This document shows positions 42,123 to 52,369 of a stretch of 64,000 bases of DNA, in pieces. Origin of the DNA: Dehalococcoidia bacterium. Its GTDB lineage: Bacteria; Chloroflexota; Dehalococcoidia; SHYB01; SHYL01. The stretch covers positions 2,866 through 66,865 of the forward strand of contig SHYL01000001.1 in the NCBI GenBank assembly GCA_009692825.1. The letters are read 5' to 3'. A program made the position numbers and the translations under genes. The notes beneath the pieces are model-generated. The model was not told the DNA's origin. It did no database searches and was given only the letters and a program-made list of their open reading frames with translations. Positions within the stretch are counted from its first letter, which is position 1. Every line of letters begins with the position of its first letter.

Positions 42123-43043
42123 TTGCTGCTTCCCCAAACAATCCGATGGATACTCCTGGCTGTAATGGCTTTTGGGATTATTTCAGCGTGCGGTCCAAGC
42201 GAAGCAAATATCCAGGCGACCGTTGACTTCAAGGTGCGAGATGCGATCGCGGCCATACCAAGTGCAACACCACAGCCAACCGCAACGCCCGCCAATTTTC
42301 CGACACCATTGCCCACGCCTACACCAATAGCTATTCCGACACCACTGCCTACCTCCACACCAATAGTGTTTCCGCCTACGCCCACACCTATCGTTTTCCC
42401 AACTTCTTTACCCCAGTTCACACTTGCGCCATTCAGGTTTTCAGGCTATTGGCCGTCAGTAAGAATTGAGTCTATCGGAATTGGTTTTGGAAATGGAGTG
42501 CTAATCTCCGGAACTGAAATCCTGACCGCATACCATGTAGTGAGGGGCAGAAGCACCTTACTCGTAACATTGCCCGCAGCGATTGGCATCAGTGAGACTC
42601 GAAAACCCGCAAGAGTAGTCGGCTTCAATACAATAAACGACCTGGCTCTTCTCTCCATAAATACCCCGTTCGATGTTGCCGGGATCGATTTCGCCACGAT
42701 AATAGCTGCCGATTCACTGCAATGCACTACCGGCCAGCGAACCTTAACCAGGGACGGTGACGAATTGGTGATGGAAACCACTGGCGACGAACAGCAGCAT
42801 ATAAGCATCTATCGTGTCTGGGGCAGGCGCTCAGTCGGCGTAGGTAATTTCAAATATCTAACAGACATCGGAGGCGTCTCTGGGCTAAGCGGTGGTCCGA
42901 TATATGTTGGAACGAGCCGCACACTTGCTGGGATAGTTCAGCAGCGCGACTTAGGGCTGACCAGCCTCAAGCCGATAATAGCGATGGACGGCTGCCAGAT
43001 AGCGAATTTGTTACCAAGTCTTAGAAGCGGAAGCAGCGGCTAA
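42123..43043 (+). CDS. secreted trypsin-like serine protease with Pro/Thr-rich linker
   Basis: Signal/TM, then a PT-rich linker, then TAYHVV (His), NDLALL (Asp) and GLSGGP (Ser) catalytic blocks. Confidence 0.65.
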   Translation: MLLPQTIRWILLAVMAFGIISACGPSEANIQATVDFKVRDAIAAIPSATPQPTATPANFPTPLPTPTPIAIPTPLPTSTPIVFPPTPTPIVFPTSLPQFTLAPFRFSGYWPSVRIESIGIGFGNGVLISGTEILTAYHVVRGRSTLLVTLPAAIGISETRKPARVVGFNTINDLALLSINTPFDVAGIDFATIIAADSLQCTTGQRTLTRDGDELVMETTGDEQQHISIYRVWGRRSVGVGNFKYLTDIGGVSGLSGGPIYVGTSRTLAGIVQQRDLGLTSLKPIIAMDGCQIANLLPSLRSGSSG

Positions 43044-43567
43044 AGGCCATCTAGTTTTATACCAAGACGAGAGTTTTCATCCTTAACTCTCTTCAACGTA
43101 TAGTCGTAAAAGAACATGTCTAACTTTGAGAGTTCCGCGCGAATTTTTTCGCTATTGCTCTTGTCAAAGCTCGCCTCGTTGTACGTTTTGCCTTCTTTGA
43201 ATTGAGGATAAATTACTGCACTCTTGATTGAGAATTTTCCAGAATATGCTTCGTCTAAACCCATCACAATGTAAGAGACCGATACTGCTGATAAGTCATT
43301 TTCGGACGAAACCTTTTTAATCACAGACTCTATGAGTTGGATATTCTCAACCATGGCATCCAGAATCTCCTTTGGAACATCCGACAGATTAACAGTAAAT
43401 CGTTTCTGAGACATGACTGTCTCCGGATAAAAGGGGTCTTCCATCAGGAGTGTGTAGGTTACAACAATGGAGCCTTCAAGGGGATGAGCTTTTTCAGCAA
43501 GAGTTCTGCGCAGATCCCACCGGATCGCGAGCCTCTTAAACTTTATCTGCCTGCTTAAGCTTTGCAT
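43040..43567 (-). CDS. hypothetical protein
   Basis: 175-aa ORF with a 4-nt overlap with fmt. Confidence 0.4.
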   Translation of the reverse strand: MQSLSRQIKFKRLAIRWDLRRTLAEKAHPLEGSIVVTYTLLMEDPFYPETVMSQKRFTVNLSDVPKEILDAMVENIQLIESVIKKVSSENDLSAVSVSYIVMGLDEAYSGKFSIKSAVIYPQFKEGKTYNEASFDKSNSEKIRAELSKLDMFFYDYTLKRVKDENSRLGIKLDGL

Positions 43568-44544
43568 TAGTTAGACAAAACGCTTCCTACAAAATCTCGG
43601 GCACCGTTAATAAAGTTAATGCTGGTTGTGACGTTGCGCCCCTCTATTTGAAGTGTTTTGAGTCCAAGCATTCCTCCACCTGTGACCACACCACACGCGA
43701 TCGCCTTCTGTTTCAGCGCAACCACAGTGCCAGGTTTCTTACCTAAAGTATCCTCGTTTAACAGCTCCGCATCCAGAATCTTCAAAAGCTTCTCATTCCA
43801 ACGCGTGTAGGCGGTCGGCCAGGGGTTATAGGCCCTCACACGAAGCCATATGTCCCTAGCAGGAAGTTGCCAGTCTATTTTGCCGTCTTCTTTTTTTATG
43901 AGTTTTACGAGCGTAGCTTTTGCGTGATCCTGGTCCCGCGGAGTTATTTTTTGAGCATCTCCCTGGTGGTGAAGCCACTCTTGCAGAGTAGCGACTAGCA
44001 AATCGGCGCCTATGTCCGATAATTTCTTCGTCAGTGTACCCGTGGTGTCGCTGGAGTCTATATCAGCCTCAGTCTGTGCCAGCACCGGGCCTGAATCGAC
44101 GGGGCCAGGCTTGATCATAATTATCGATATGCCGGTCTTGGTATCGCCGTTAAGGATGGCTGCGGGAATCGGCGTAGCGCCACGGTATAAAGGAAGCAGG
44201 GAAGGATGCACATTGATGCACCCGAACGGCGCCAGGTTAACGATATCATCCGGAAGTATCTTGCCGTACGCCGCGACCACTAATACGTCAGGCTCAAGCA
44301 ATTTCATGTCCGAAAGCGCCTGCGGATTCTTTAACGTAGGCGGCTGAAAAACCGGAAGGCTGTTGGCGACGGCATACTGTTTTACAGGGGGAACGTCCAC
44401 CGAGCGGCCCCTGCCAGATGGTTTATCGGTTTGCGTATACACGCCTACGATACGGTAGCCGGCACTATGAAGGCCGGCAAGGGACGGCACGGCAAAAGCA
44501 GGGGAGCCCATAAACACGACCCTTATCTGACCTTCGATCGTCAC
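43567..44544 (-). CDS. fmt: methionyl-tRNA formyltransferase
   Basis: N-terminal formyltransferase domain (HPSLLPLYRG) plus the C-terminal Fmt domain. Confidence 0.9.
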   Translation of the reverse strand: MTIEGQIRVVFMGSPAFAVPSLAGLHSAGYRIVGVYTQTDKPSGRGRSVDVPPVKQYAVANSLPVFQPPTLKNPQALSDMKLLEPDVLVVAAYGKILPDDIVNLAPFGCINVHPSLLPLYRGATPIPAAILNGDTKTGISIIMIKPGPVDSGPVLAQTEADIDSSDTTGTLTKKLSDIGADLLVATLQEWLHHQGDAQKITPRDQDHAKATLVKLIKKEDGKIDWQLPARDIWLRVRAYNPWPTAYTRWNEKLLKILDAELLNEDTLGKKPGTVVALKQKAIACGVVTGGGMLGLKTLQIEGRNVTTSINFINGARDFVGSVLSN

Positions 44545-44957
44545 TGCAGATCCATCGTCTCCTCGACAATCTTGCCGCTTTGAATCTTGAAGGCTCGCAG
44601 CACAGGATTGGACGGCTCCCTAAGAGACACGATGAGGTAATACTGGTCGGGCCATGTTGCCTGGCGGACATCCGTTGGAGAAGGATAGGCCTCCGAGTGT
44701 GTATGAGAGTGGTAGAAGGCCAATATCTCTTCGTCGTTTTGATCCGCTATTTTTTCTACTTTCAACATATCTTTCGGATCCATGACGTATTTGACCGGGC
44801 TCGCGTCCATGTTGCGAACGATATGGTGCTGCGTTACCTTATCATTTTTACCGGTAAGCATCCCACAGCACTCGTTAGGCGCCTCCGCCTTAGCATGAGC
44901 CACGATTAGATCGAAGAATTTACGTTCCACCTTTAACACGGTTAATCTCCTGCACAT
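44541..44957 (-). CDS. JAMM/MPN+ metalloprotease-family protein
   Basis: E..HSHTHSEAYPSPTD (JAMM motif). The stop overlaps the fmt start. Confidence 0.7.
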   Translation of the reverse strand: MCRRLTVLKVERKFFDLIVAHAKAEAPNECCGMLTGKNDKVTQHHIVRNMDASPVKYVMDPKDMLKVEKIADQNDEEILAFYHSHTHSEAYPSPTDVRQATWPDQYYLIVSLREPSNPVLRAFKIQSGKIVEETMDLQ

Positions 44958-45060
44958 TCATTTTATACAGATAAGTAACTAATAAACGATTTGGCATATT
45001 CTACCCGTGTTCTAGTAAAATCTAGCGAACTGGCAAGCTTGAGCAGGAAAGGGAATTTTC

Positions 45061-46173
45061 ATGGATATAAAAATTGCAATCACCGCAGGAGATGGAATCG
45101 GCCCCGAGGTTGTCGAGGAGGCTTTAAAAGTACTCGAAGCCGTGAATAGAAGGTTTGGCCATAAGCTTACCCATTCCAGCTGGCTCATCGGCGGATGCTC
45201 GATCGATAAGTTCGGCAGCGCGATAGAGCCAGGAACAATCGAGGGATGCAAAAAAGCTAACGCCGTCCTGCTAGGCGCAGTCGGGGGACCAAAGTGGGAC
45301 GACCCTAAGGCCAAGGTGAGACCCGAGGATGGGTTGCTTCATCTCAGAAAGGCCCTGGGGCTCTTCTCAAATCTGCGCCCTGTAAAAAGCCACAAAGCCT
45401 TATTAAGCGCATCCACACTAAAACCGGAGGCGCTCAACAACGTAGATATGGTCGTTGTGCGAGAGCTAACGGGCGGCCTGTACTTCGGCAAACCAAAAAA
45501 GCGGTGGGAAACATCTCGCGGACGCAAGGCAGTGGACACGATGGCCTACTCAGAACAGGAAGTAGAGCGGATCATGCGCGTCGGGTTTGAACTGGCGCGA
45601 GGGCGCAGAAAGAAGCTGACGTCCGTAGATAAGGCCAACGTGCTGAAAACGAGCCAGCTATGGCGTGAGGTCGCAAACGAGGTAGCGAAGGAATACGCTG
45701 ACGTGAAGATGGACTCGATGCTGGTAGACACATGCGCTATGCGCCTTGTAACGAACCCCGCATACTTTGACGTTATTGTCACGGAAAACACATTTGGAGA
45801 CATCCTTACAGACGAAGCAGCGGTGTTGGCAGGTTCGATGGGAATGCTGCCGTCAGCGAGCCTCGGCGGGAAAGAATTAATAGCTGGTAAGGGCAGATTT
45901 AAGGATAGGACTTTCGGGCTATACGAACCGATACACGGCAGCGCTCCGGACATAGCCGGTCAGAACAAAGCGAACCCGCTGGCGACAATTTTAAGTGTGG
46001 CTATGATGCTCAGATATTCCTTCGGTCTGCATACGGAGGCGGAACTCATAGAGAGAACCGTCAGCTCCATAATCGACGACGGGTACCGCACTCAGGACCT
46101 GATGCGAGAAGGTATGCGGCTGATGAACACGCAGGAGATGGGCTCATTAGTCGCAAGCAAGGTTACAGCCTAG
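45061..46173 (+). CDS. leuB: 3-isopropylmalate dehydrogenase
   Basis: IAITAGDGIGPEV N-terminus and the beta-decarboxylating dehydrogenase signature. Confidence 0.85.
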   Translation: MDIKIAITAGDGIGPEVVEEALKVLEAVNRRFGHKLTHSSWLIGGCSIDKFGSAIEPGTIEGCKKANAVLLGAVGGPKWDDPKAKVRPEDGLLHLRKALGLFSNLRPVKSHKALLSASTLKPEALNNVDMVVVRELTGGLYFGKPKKRWETSRGRKAVDTMAYSEQEVERIMRVGFELARGRRKKLTSVDKANVLKTSQLWREVANEVAKEYADVKMDSMLVDTCAMRLVTNPAYFDVIVTENTFGDILTDEAAVLAGSMGMLPSASLGGKELIAGKGRFKDRTFGLYEPIHGSAPDIAGQNKANPLATILSVAMMLRYSFGLHTEAELIERTVSSIIDDGYRTQDLMREGMRLMNTQEMGSLVASKVTA

Positions 46174-47393
46174 GCAGGCGAGATGTTCAGGCCTTTGATT
46201 GCAGAGGTTAAGCCGGCATTTTCAGGCAGCAGCCTCCAGAATACTTCGTTACTGAGAAGCAAGCCTTTACTGGTAAGTTTTAGGCGTTCGCCGTCTAATG
46301 AAATCAGTCCCATTTCTTTTGGTACTTGAACTTTACGAAGCAGTTCAATCCAGACTTGTTCGCCAAATCTGGCCGCAAAATCGGTTTTGCTTACTCCGTC
46401 TTTAACCAGACGCAGGCCAAGTATCGCAGTCTCAGCTTGCTCCAAAGGCTTATCGATATGCTCAATGTAATCGATGGGCGAAAGCGACTTCAAGCTTTCA
46501 GGAAAAGTGCCCAATGCTATCTCAGGTTTCCATTTCCCATATTCCTGCGGGATGCGTATCACAGAAAATCTGTGGTCTCTAAAAGAAGAATGGGCGCCCG
46601 GTCCGAGACCTATGTAGGGCAGGTTTTTCCAGTACGTAAGGTTATGGCGGCATTCCTTGCCCTCAAAGGCCCAGTTCGAGATTTCATAGTGAGAATATCC
46701 AGCCCTGGCGAGCGTTTCCCTAGCCAGCTCATACATGTCTGCGGCCAGGTCTGGATCAGGCGCGGGCAGTTTACCGCGATTTACGTCGCGCCACATGGGC
46801 GTATCCTCTTCCAGTGTAAGCGCATACATTGAAATGTGAGCGGGCCTTAGAGAGAGGGCTTCATCGAGATTCTTACGCCACCCGTCCATTGTCTGGCCCG
46901 GCAAGGAATAAATCAGGTCGAAATTTACGCTTTCAAACCCCGCCTGCTTGGCTATGCTTACAGCTTCCCTCGCCAGCTGGGCTGAGTGCCGTCTGCCCAG
47001 AGCTCGCAGCGCGGCATCATCAAAGGTTTGTATGCCCATGCTGAGGCGCGTAATGCCCACCTGATAAAGCCTCTGAAAATGCGCGAGGCTGCAATCACCG
47101 GGGTTGGCTTCAAGCGTTACTTCAGCGCCTTCAATGATGTTAAAGACGCTGCGCAGAGCATCCATAATCGACTGCACCTGTGGGGCGGAAAGCAAGGACG
47201 GCGTGCCGCCGCCAAAAAACACGGTGTGAACGTCAGGCTTTTTAAGGTATGCCCCCCATCGCAATATATCTTTGCGCAGGGCCTCAACGTACTCCGGTAT
47301 CCAGTCTTCAAGGCCCGTGTAAGTGTTGAAGTCGCAATACGAGCAACGCGTGGTGCAGAAGGGAATATGGAGATAGATGCTTAGCGGCGGCAT
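46170..47393 (-). CDS. hemW: radical SAM heme chaperone HemW (HemN-like, oxygen-independent coproporphyrinogen oxidase family)
   Basis: LSIYLHIPFCTTRCSYCDF with the CX3CX2C motif. Confidence 0.85.
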   Translation of the reverse strand: MPPLSIYLHIPFCTTRCSYCDFNTYTGLEDWIPEYVEALRKDILRWGAYLKKPDVHTVFFGGGTPSLLSAPQVQSIMDALRSVFNIIEGAEVTLEANPGDCSLAHFQRLYQVGITRLSMGIQTFDDAALRALGRRHSAQLAREAVSIAKQAGFESVNFDLIYSLPGQTMDGWRKNLDEALSLRPAHISMYALTLEEDTPMWRDVNRGKLPAPDPDLAADMYELARETLARAGYSHYEISNWAFEGKECRHNLTYWKNLPYIGLGPGAHSSFRDHRFSVIRIPQEYGKWKPEIALGTFPESLKSLSPIDYIEHIDKPLEQAETAILGLRLVKDGVSKTDFAARFGEQVWIELLRKVQVPKEMGLISLDGERLKLTSKGLLLSNEVFWRLLPENAGLTSAIKGLNISPA

Positions 47394-47399
47394 ATCAGG

Positions 47400-48551
47400 C
47401 TACTCATTGTGTAAGAATTCGATAATATCTCCGTCTTTAACAACGTAGGTCTTACCTTCCTGCCTCAGGACTCCCCTTTTTCTTGCTTCTACAAACGATT
47501 TTTCACCAGTACGGGGAGCAGCGTTTAGCTTCACAAAGTCATCATAGCCCAGGACCTCTGCCCTGATAAACCCTCGCTCTATATCAGAATGAATCTTGCC
47601 TGCCGCCTTCTGGGCAACCATTCCAGTCGTAATAGTCCAGGCTCTTACTTCATCAGGGCCGACCGTAAAGAACGTCTGCAGCCCCAGTAATTCATATGAG
47701 CTGCGTATCACTTTGCTTAAGCCAGATTCTTGTGTTCCGAGAGAGGCACGGAATTCTTTAGCGTCTGCTTCACCCATTTGAGCAAGCTCTGCCTCAATCT
47801 TGCCTGATATCACGACAAGTTTCACCGACGGACTTGCAAATTTCGCGCGAAGCTCCTTTTCGATTTTATCTGAGTCTGCAATCGACTCTTCACCGATATT
47901 TACGACCACGAGCAAAGGTTTGGCGGTGAGCAATCCATAGTTTGCCAGTGTTTTGCTCTCTTCCTCTGTGAACTGCTGCTGGCGGACTGGCTTTTCCTGT
48001 TCGAGGGCTTCTTTAATGCGGGAAGCGAGCACTAGTTCTCGAGCCGCGGCTTCTCGTTCCTGAGGCTTGTTACCCTTCTGCGCCTCTTTCAGGCGCTGCA
48101 CTCTACGCTCAAGGACTGCGAGGTCTGAAAACGAGAGCTCAATATCCAACGTCGCAATGTCCCTTTCAGCGCTGACGCTTCCCAGGGAATGCGGCAGAGA
48201 CGGGTCTTCAAAGGCTCTGGCTACGTGCAAGATTGCATCCGCTTGTTGAAGGTGTAATAAGAACTGGCCGCCGATTCCCTCTGAGGTTCCGAAGCCTTTT
48301 GCGCTTGCGGGAAGGTCCACGTAGTGGACTTCCGCTGGAAGGATTTTCTTTGGATTGAATCTTGCCGTCAAGTAAATCATCCGTGGATCGGGCACCTTAG
48401 CCACACCGAGGTTAGGCTTCGCTTGTGTAGCGGAGTAGGCGCTTGTTGGAGCGCTGCCTGCCGACAGAGCATTAAATATGGTCGTTTTCCCACTTTTCGG
48501 GAGTCCGATAATTGTAAGCTGCAAGTTTTCCTCCGAGCTATTCTTGGTCAA
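47400..48551 (-). CDS. ychF: ribosome-binding ATPase YchF
   Basis: GLPKSGKTT P-loop, 383 aa, C-terminal TGS domain. Confidence 0.9.
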   Translation of the reverse strand: MTKNSSEENLQLTIIGLPKSGKTTIFNALSAGSAPTSAYSATQAKPNLGVAKVPDPRMIYLTARFNPKKILPAEVHYVDLPASAKGFGTSEGIGGQFLLHLQQADAILHVARAFEDPSLPHSLGSVSAERDIATLDIELSFSDLAVLERRVQRLKEAQKGNKPQEREAAARELVLASRIKEALEQEKPVRQQQFTEEESKTLANYGLLTAKPLLVVVNIGEESIADSDKIEKELRAKFASPSVKLVVISGKIEAELAQMGEADAKEFRASLGTQESGLSKVIRSSYELLGLQTFFTVGPDEVRAWTITTGMVAQKAAGKIHSDIERGFIRAEVLGYDDFVKLNAAPRTGEKSFVEARKRGVLRQEGKTYVVKDGDIIEFLHNE

Positions 48552-48591
48552 TTGTAACTGAACGGCATTTTCAAGCTCATATAATTGGCTT

Positions 48592-49590
48592 ATGATTCAC
48601 ATCCTTCACGGGGCTAACGATCTTCTGCGAGACGAACGCCTGTCAGAGCTAAGAACTGCGCACGGCAAAGGCGAAGAGGCTGAGCTTAACACCGTAATTC
48701 TGGACGGGTCCACAGCCACTTTTGACACGGTAGCCGCTGCATGCAATACCCTGCCGTTTTTTACACCCAGGAGACTTGTAATAATCAAAGGCCTCATGGG
48801 CAGAATGGAGCGGGGCGAGAGGCGTGCCGGCAGGCGTGTGATGACGCCTGACGAAGAGAAAAAAGAGTCAGAGTGGAAACCGTTACGCAGCATGCTGGGC
48901 GTGATGCCGATAAGCACAATCCTTATTGTTGTCGAAGGCATCATATCCAGGAGCAATCCCATCCTATCTGAGCTTTCTTCCCTTGCTTCAATCGAAGAGT
49001 TTTACAACATGCGAGGCGCGCAGTTCGACCAGTGGCTGAGCTCCAGGTTCGTAAATGCCGGGGCAAAGATTACTCCTGAGGCACAGAGGCAGCTTTCATT
49101 CATGGTCGGCGCCAATATGCGCCAGCTGCAGCAAGAAGTCTACAAGCTGGCAACCTATGCAGGCGGACGCACGATAACTGAGGAAGATGTCGCGTTGATG
49201 ATACCCGACGCAAAAGAGGGCAACATTTTTGCGATGGTAGACGCGATTATCGACGGCCATACCGGTCAGGCACTGAGAATGGCTCACAAACTACAGGACG
49301 AGGGCATGAGCGTTCAGCAGATGCTGGCGATGGTGGCCAGACAGGCGAGGCTTCTTATCCAGGCGAAAGCGCTCTCGCAAAAGAAAGTTGACGACGAAGA
49401 ACTGGCGTCTAGGCTGGGTATAACGTCAGATTTTGTATTCAAAAAGACTATGGAACAAACACGGAGACGCACTCATCAGCAAATGGCCGCGCTGCTTGGG
49501 CAGTTGTTGGATATCGATATTTCAATCAAACGTGGGCAGCTTCCGGAAGACACCGCTATGGATGTGTTGATAGCGGGAGCGCAGCCGTAA
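48592..49590 (+). CDS. holA: DNA polymerase III delta subunit
   Basis: HolA N-terminal pattern and size (332 aa). Confidence 0.75.
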   Translation: MIHILHGANDLLRDERLSELRTAHGKGEEAELNTVILDGSTATFDTVAAACNTLPFFTPRRLVIIKGLMGRMERGERRAGRRVMTPDEEKKESEWKPLRSMLGVMPISTILIVVEGIISRSNPILSELSSLASIEEFYNMRGAQFDQWLSSRFVNAGAKITPEAQRQLSFMVGANMRQLQQEVYKLATYAGGRTITEEDVALMIPDAKEGNIFAMVDAIIDGHTGQALRMAHKLQDEGMSVQQMLAMVARQARLLIQAKALSQKKVDDEELASRLGITSDFVFKKTMEQTRRRTHQQMAALLGQLLDIDISIKRGQLPEDTAMDVLIAGAQP

Positions 49591-49591
49591 G

Positions 49592-50608
49592 CTAATCGCT
49601 GGTGTACATGCGGTTGTAGCAGGCCACCATATGGCCGGGAGTCACCTGTTCCAGCGGCGGCCTTCCACCGTTACGGCATGAATTAAGGGCCTTTGAGCAG
49701 CGCGATAGGAATGGGCACTTATCAGGCATGTCTATCATGTTGGGCATGCTTCCTGGTATTTGCCTGAGTGATTTATCAGGCTGGTCTATCCTCGCAATAG
49801 TCTGCAAGAGCGACCATGTATATGGGTTGGTTGGCCGCATGAACAATGTTTCCGTCGATGAAAACTCCATCAGGCTGCCGCCGTACATTACGGCCACCTG
49901 GTCTGCCATCTGCGCGACGATACCCATATCGTGAGTGATAAGAATGATCGATGTTCCCGCCTGGTCACGCAGCCGCCTGATTTCACCCATGATTTGCGCC
50001 TGCAAGGTCACGTCTAAAGATGATGTAGGCTCGTCCGCGATGAGTATCTTGGGCTTCATCACCATGGCCATAGCCAGCATCACGCGCTGGCACATGCCTC
50101 CGCTGAGCTGGAATGGATACTGTGAAAATATCCTCTTGGGGTCCGGCAGACCTGCGCTATTCAACGCCGCAATAGCTTCACGCTGGCCATCCCGCTTGGA
50201 GATGCTGCGGTGAACCATAATCGTCTCCTGGACCTGCTCGCCCACGGTAATCACGGGATTAAGGCCAGTAACCGGATCCTGGAACACCATAGAGATGTCC
50301 TTACCACGTATGTCCCTCAACTTATTTTTATCGGCCGTTAGGAGATCAGTTCCTTCGAACATCGCCCGGCCGGACATGATCTTGCCCGGGAATGGGATAA
50401 GTCCTAATAAGGAAAGGGCCATAACCGTTTTACCTGAGCCGCTCTCTCCTACCACGCATAGAATCTCGCCTTTTTTAAGCGTCATGTTAAAGTCGTTGAG
50501 AGCTTTAACTACTCCCTGCTTAAGAAAGAAATGGGTCGTGAGGTTTTCAACCTGTAAGATGGGGGTATCTGTCATTGTATTTTGCCAGTGTTTGGCGCAT
50601 TGTACCAT
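49592..50608 (-). CDS. peptide ABC transporter ATP-binding protein (OppD/DppD-type)
   Basis: Walker A GESGSGKT, LSGGMCQR signature, Walker B ILIADEP, and the oligopeptide-type C-terminal extension. The start may be the ATG at 50575. Confidence 0.85.
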   Translation of the reverse strand: MVQCAKHWQNTMTDTPILQVENLTTHFFLKQGVVKALNDFNMTLKKGEILCVVGESGSGKTVMALSLLGLIPFPGKIMSGRAMFEGTDLLTADKNKLRDIRGKDISMVFQDPVTGLNPVITVGEQVQETIMVHRSISKRDGQREAIAALNSAGLPDPKRIFSQYPFQLSGGMCQRVMLAMAMVMKPKILIADEPTSSLDVTLQAQIMGEIRRLRDQAGTSIILITHDMGIVAQMADQVAVMYGGSLMEFSSTETLFMRPTNPYTWSLLQTIARIDQPDKSLRQIPGSMPNMIDMPDKCPFLSRCSKALNSCRNGGRPPLEQVTPGHMVACYNRMYTSD

Positions 50609-50692
50609 CCAAAAAATTGCATACAGTTAACAAAGTAAAATGTCAAGGTTTTGCTCGTCAGCAAAGTTGATACTTTTTCCCTCAAAATCCCC

Positions 50693-50721
50693 TTGACCTA
50701 TGCTCTGCGTATTGCTAATTT
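50693..50721 (+). promoter_or_regulatory. sigma70-like promoter candidate (TTGACC-N17-TAATTT) upstream of dnaA
   Basis: Good -35/-10 spacing, 115 nt upstream of the dnaA ATG. Confidence 0.35.
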
Positions 50722-50836
50722 TGTCACCGTCTCGATTTCTTATGGCGGCCTTCAGCACTTCAAGCTGTACCTCGCCATTTGTGAAAGCCACGGAACTAGG
50801 CCACAGGGTACTTTTTTCTCTTTTTTAGGATATAAA

Positions 50837-52213
50837 ATGAATTCTAAAGGTCCAGGCCAGATATGGGAAGCGGCACTCGGAGAGTTGCAGCTTCAGGTAA
50901 ACAGGGCCAGCTTCAATACTTTCTTAAAAGGCACCAAAGGCGTTCATCTCACGCATGAAGTATTCACTATTCATGTGGAGAAGGCGTTTGCCGCCGAATG
51001 GCTGGAAAAGAGGATGCGTCCCCTGATCGAGAAAACGATAGCCGGCATCCTGCAGCAGCAGGTAGAGGTGCGATTCAAAGTAGGTACCGAGGAATCTTTG
51101 CCTGAGCCCGCAGCTACAGAGCTGACCTCGCCTAACATAAAAGAACCGATTGCAGCGCCTCAGCCTTCCAATCGATGGGGAAAGCTGAACCCGAATTTTA
51201 ACTTTGACAACTTCGTCGTGGGCAGCTCAAACCGCCTTGCGCACGCTGCGGCTTACGCTGTAGCCGATAACCCTGGTAAGAGCTTCAATCCTCTTTACAT
51301 ATATTCCGCGCCGGGGCTTGGGAAGACGCACTTGCTTCACGCGATCGGCCACGCAGTAACCGCTAAGGGACTGAATGCGCTTTATGTAAGCATGGAACAG
51401 TACGTCAATGATTACGTGACATCCATTCGTGAACATGCGCCAGCAGCATTCAGGGACAAGTACAGGAATGTCGATGTGCTGCTCATCGACGATATCCAAT
51501 TTCTAAGCGGTAAGGACTCTACGCAGGAGCAATTCTTCCATACCTTTAATCACTTACATAACGAGTCCCGTCAAATCGTATTGACCTGCGACAGGGCGCC
51601 CACCTCTATCACCTTTTTACAGCTTGAAGATCGGCTGGTTTCGCGGTTCCAGGGAGGGCTCACGGCTGATATACAGCGCCCTGATATTGAAACCAGGCTG
51701 GCGATTTTGCATAACAAGGCCAAAAAGTTGGGGTGCTCTGTAAACGAAGACCTACTTGTGATAATGGCAAAGCCTTCCAGCAAAAATATAAGAGAGCTAG
51801 AGGGAACACTTAATAAGGTTGTAGCGATTTCTCAGTTGACTAAGCGGCCCATCAACCTTGATTTAATCTCTGAGGTTATGGCCTCAGATCATTCTCAGCC
51901 TCAGCAAAATATTAACCCGGGAGCAATTATCGATGCCGTTGCCAGGTACTTCACTCTAGACAAGCTGGATCTATCGGGAAGCAGCCGGGTGAAGGAACTT
52001 GTTTCGGCCAGACATATCGCGATGTACTTGATACGTCAGGAGACGAATAAGTCGCTCTCTGAAATCGGACAGCTCTTGGGAAATCGTAATGCGAATACCA
52101 TCTCACATGGGTTACAAAAGATAGAAGAGTTAATGAAATCTGACCAAGGTTTCAGAAGAACTGTCCTTGAAATAAGGGACTTAAGCTCCAGCAAGCGCTC
52201 TCTGTCCGCATAA
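50837..52213 (+). CDS. dnaA: chromosomal replication initiator DnaA
   Basis: AAA+ Walker A (GLGKTHL), sensor motifs and the C-terminal DNA-binding domain (LIRQETNKSLSEIGQLLG). The start is the ATG at 50837 with an AGGA RBS. The tool ORF from 50651 has no support upstream of this Met. Confidence 0.9.
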   Translation: MNSKGPGQIWEAALGELQLQVNRASFNTFLKGTKGVHLTHEVFTIHVEKAFAAEWLEKRMRPLIEKTIAGILQQQVEVRFKVGTEESLPEPAATELTSPNIKEPIAAPQPSNRWGKLNPNFNFDNFVVGSSNRLAHAAAYAVADNPGKSFNPLYIYSAPGLGKTHLLHAIGHAVTAKGLNALYVSMEQYVNDYVTSIREHAPAAFRDKYRNVDVLLIDDIQFLSGKDSTQEQFFHTFNHLHNESRQIVLTCDRAPTSITFLQLEDRLVSRFQGGLTADIQRPDIETRLAILHNKAKKLGCSVNEDLLVIMAKPSSKNIRELEGTLNKVVAISQLTKRPINLDLISEVMASDHSQPQQNINPGAIIDAVARYFTLDKLDLSGSSRVKELVSARHIAMYLIRQETNKSLSEIGQLLGNRNANTISHGLQKIEELMKSDQGFRRTVLEIRDLSSSKRSLSA

Positions 52214-52369
52214 GTCCGCTATAACATCCCGGTAATCTCTGTCTTATTGCTCTACAGTCCCCTATTGGACAGCTTTGATTCCGACGATTTAGCGCTCAGT
52301 TTTCTATAAGTGACATAATCTCTATTGTTACGATTAATTTAAATAGATAAGTAATTAACTATTAATACA

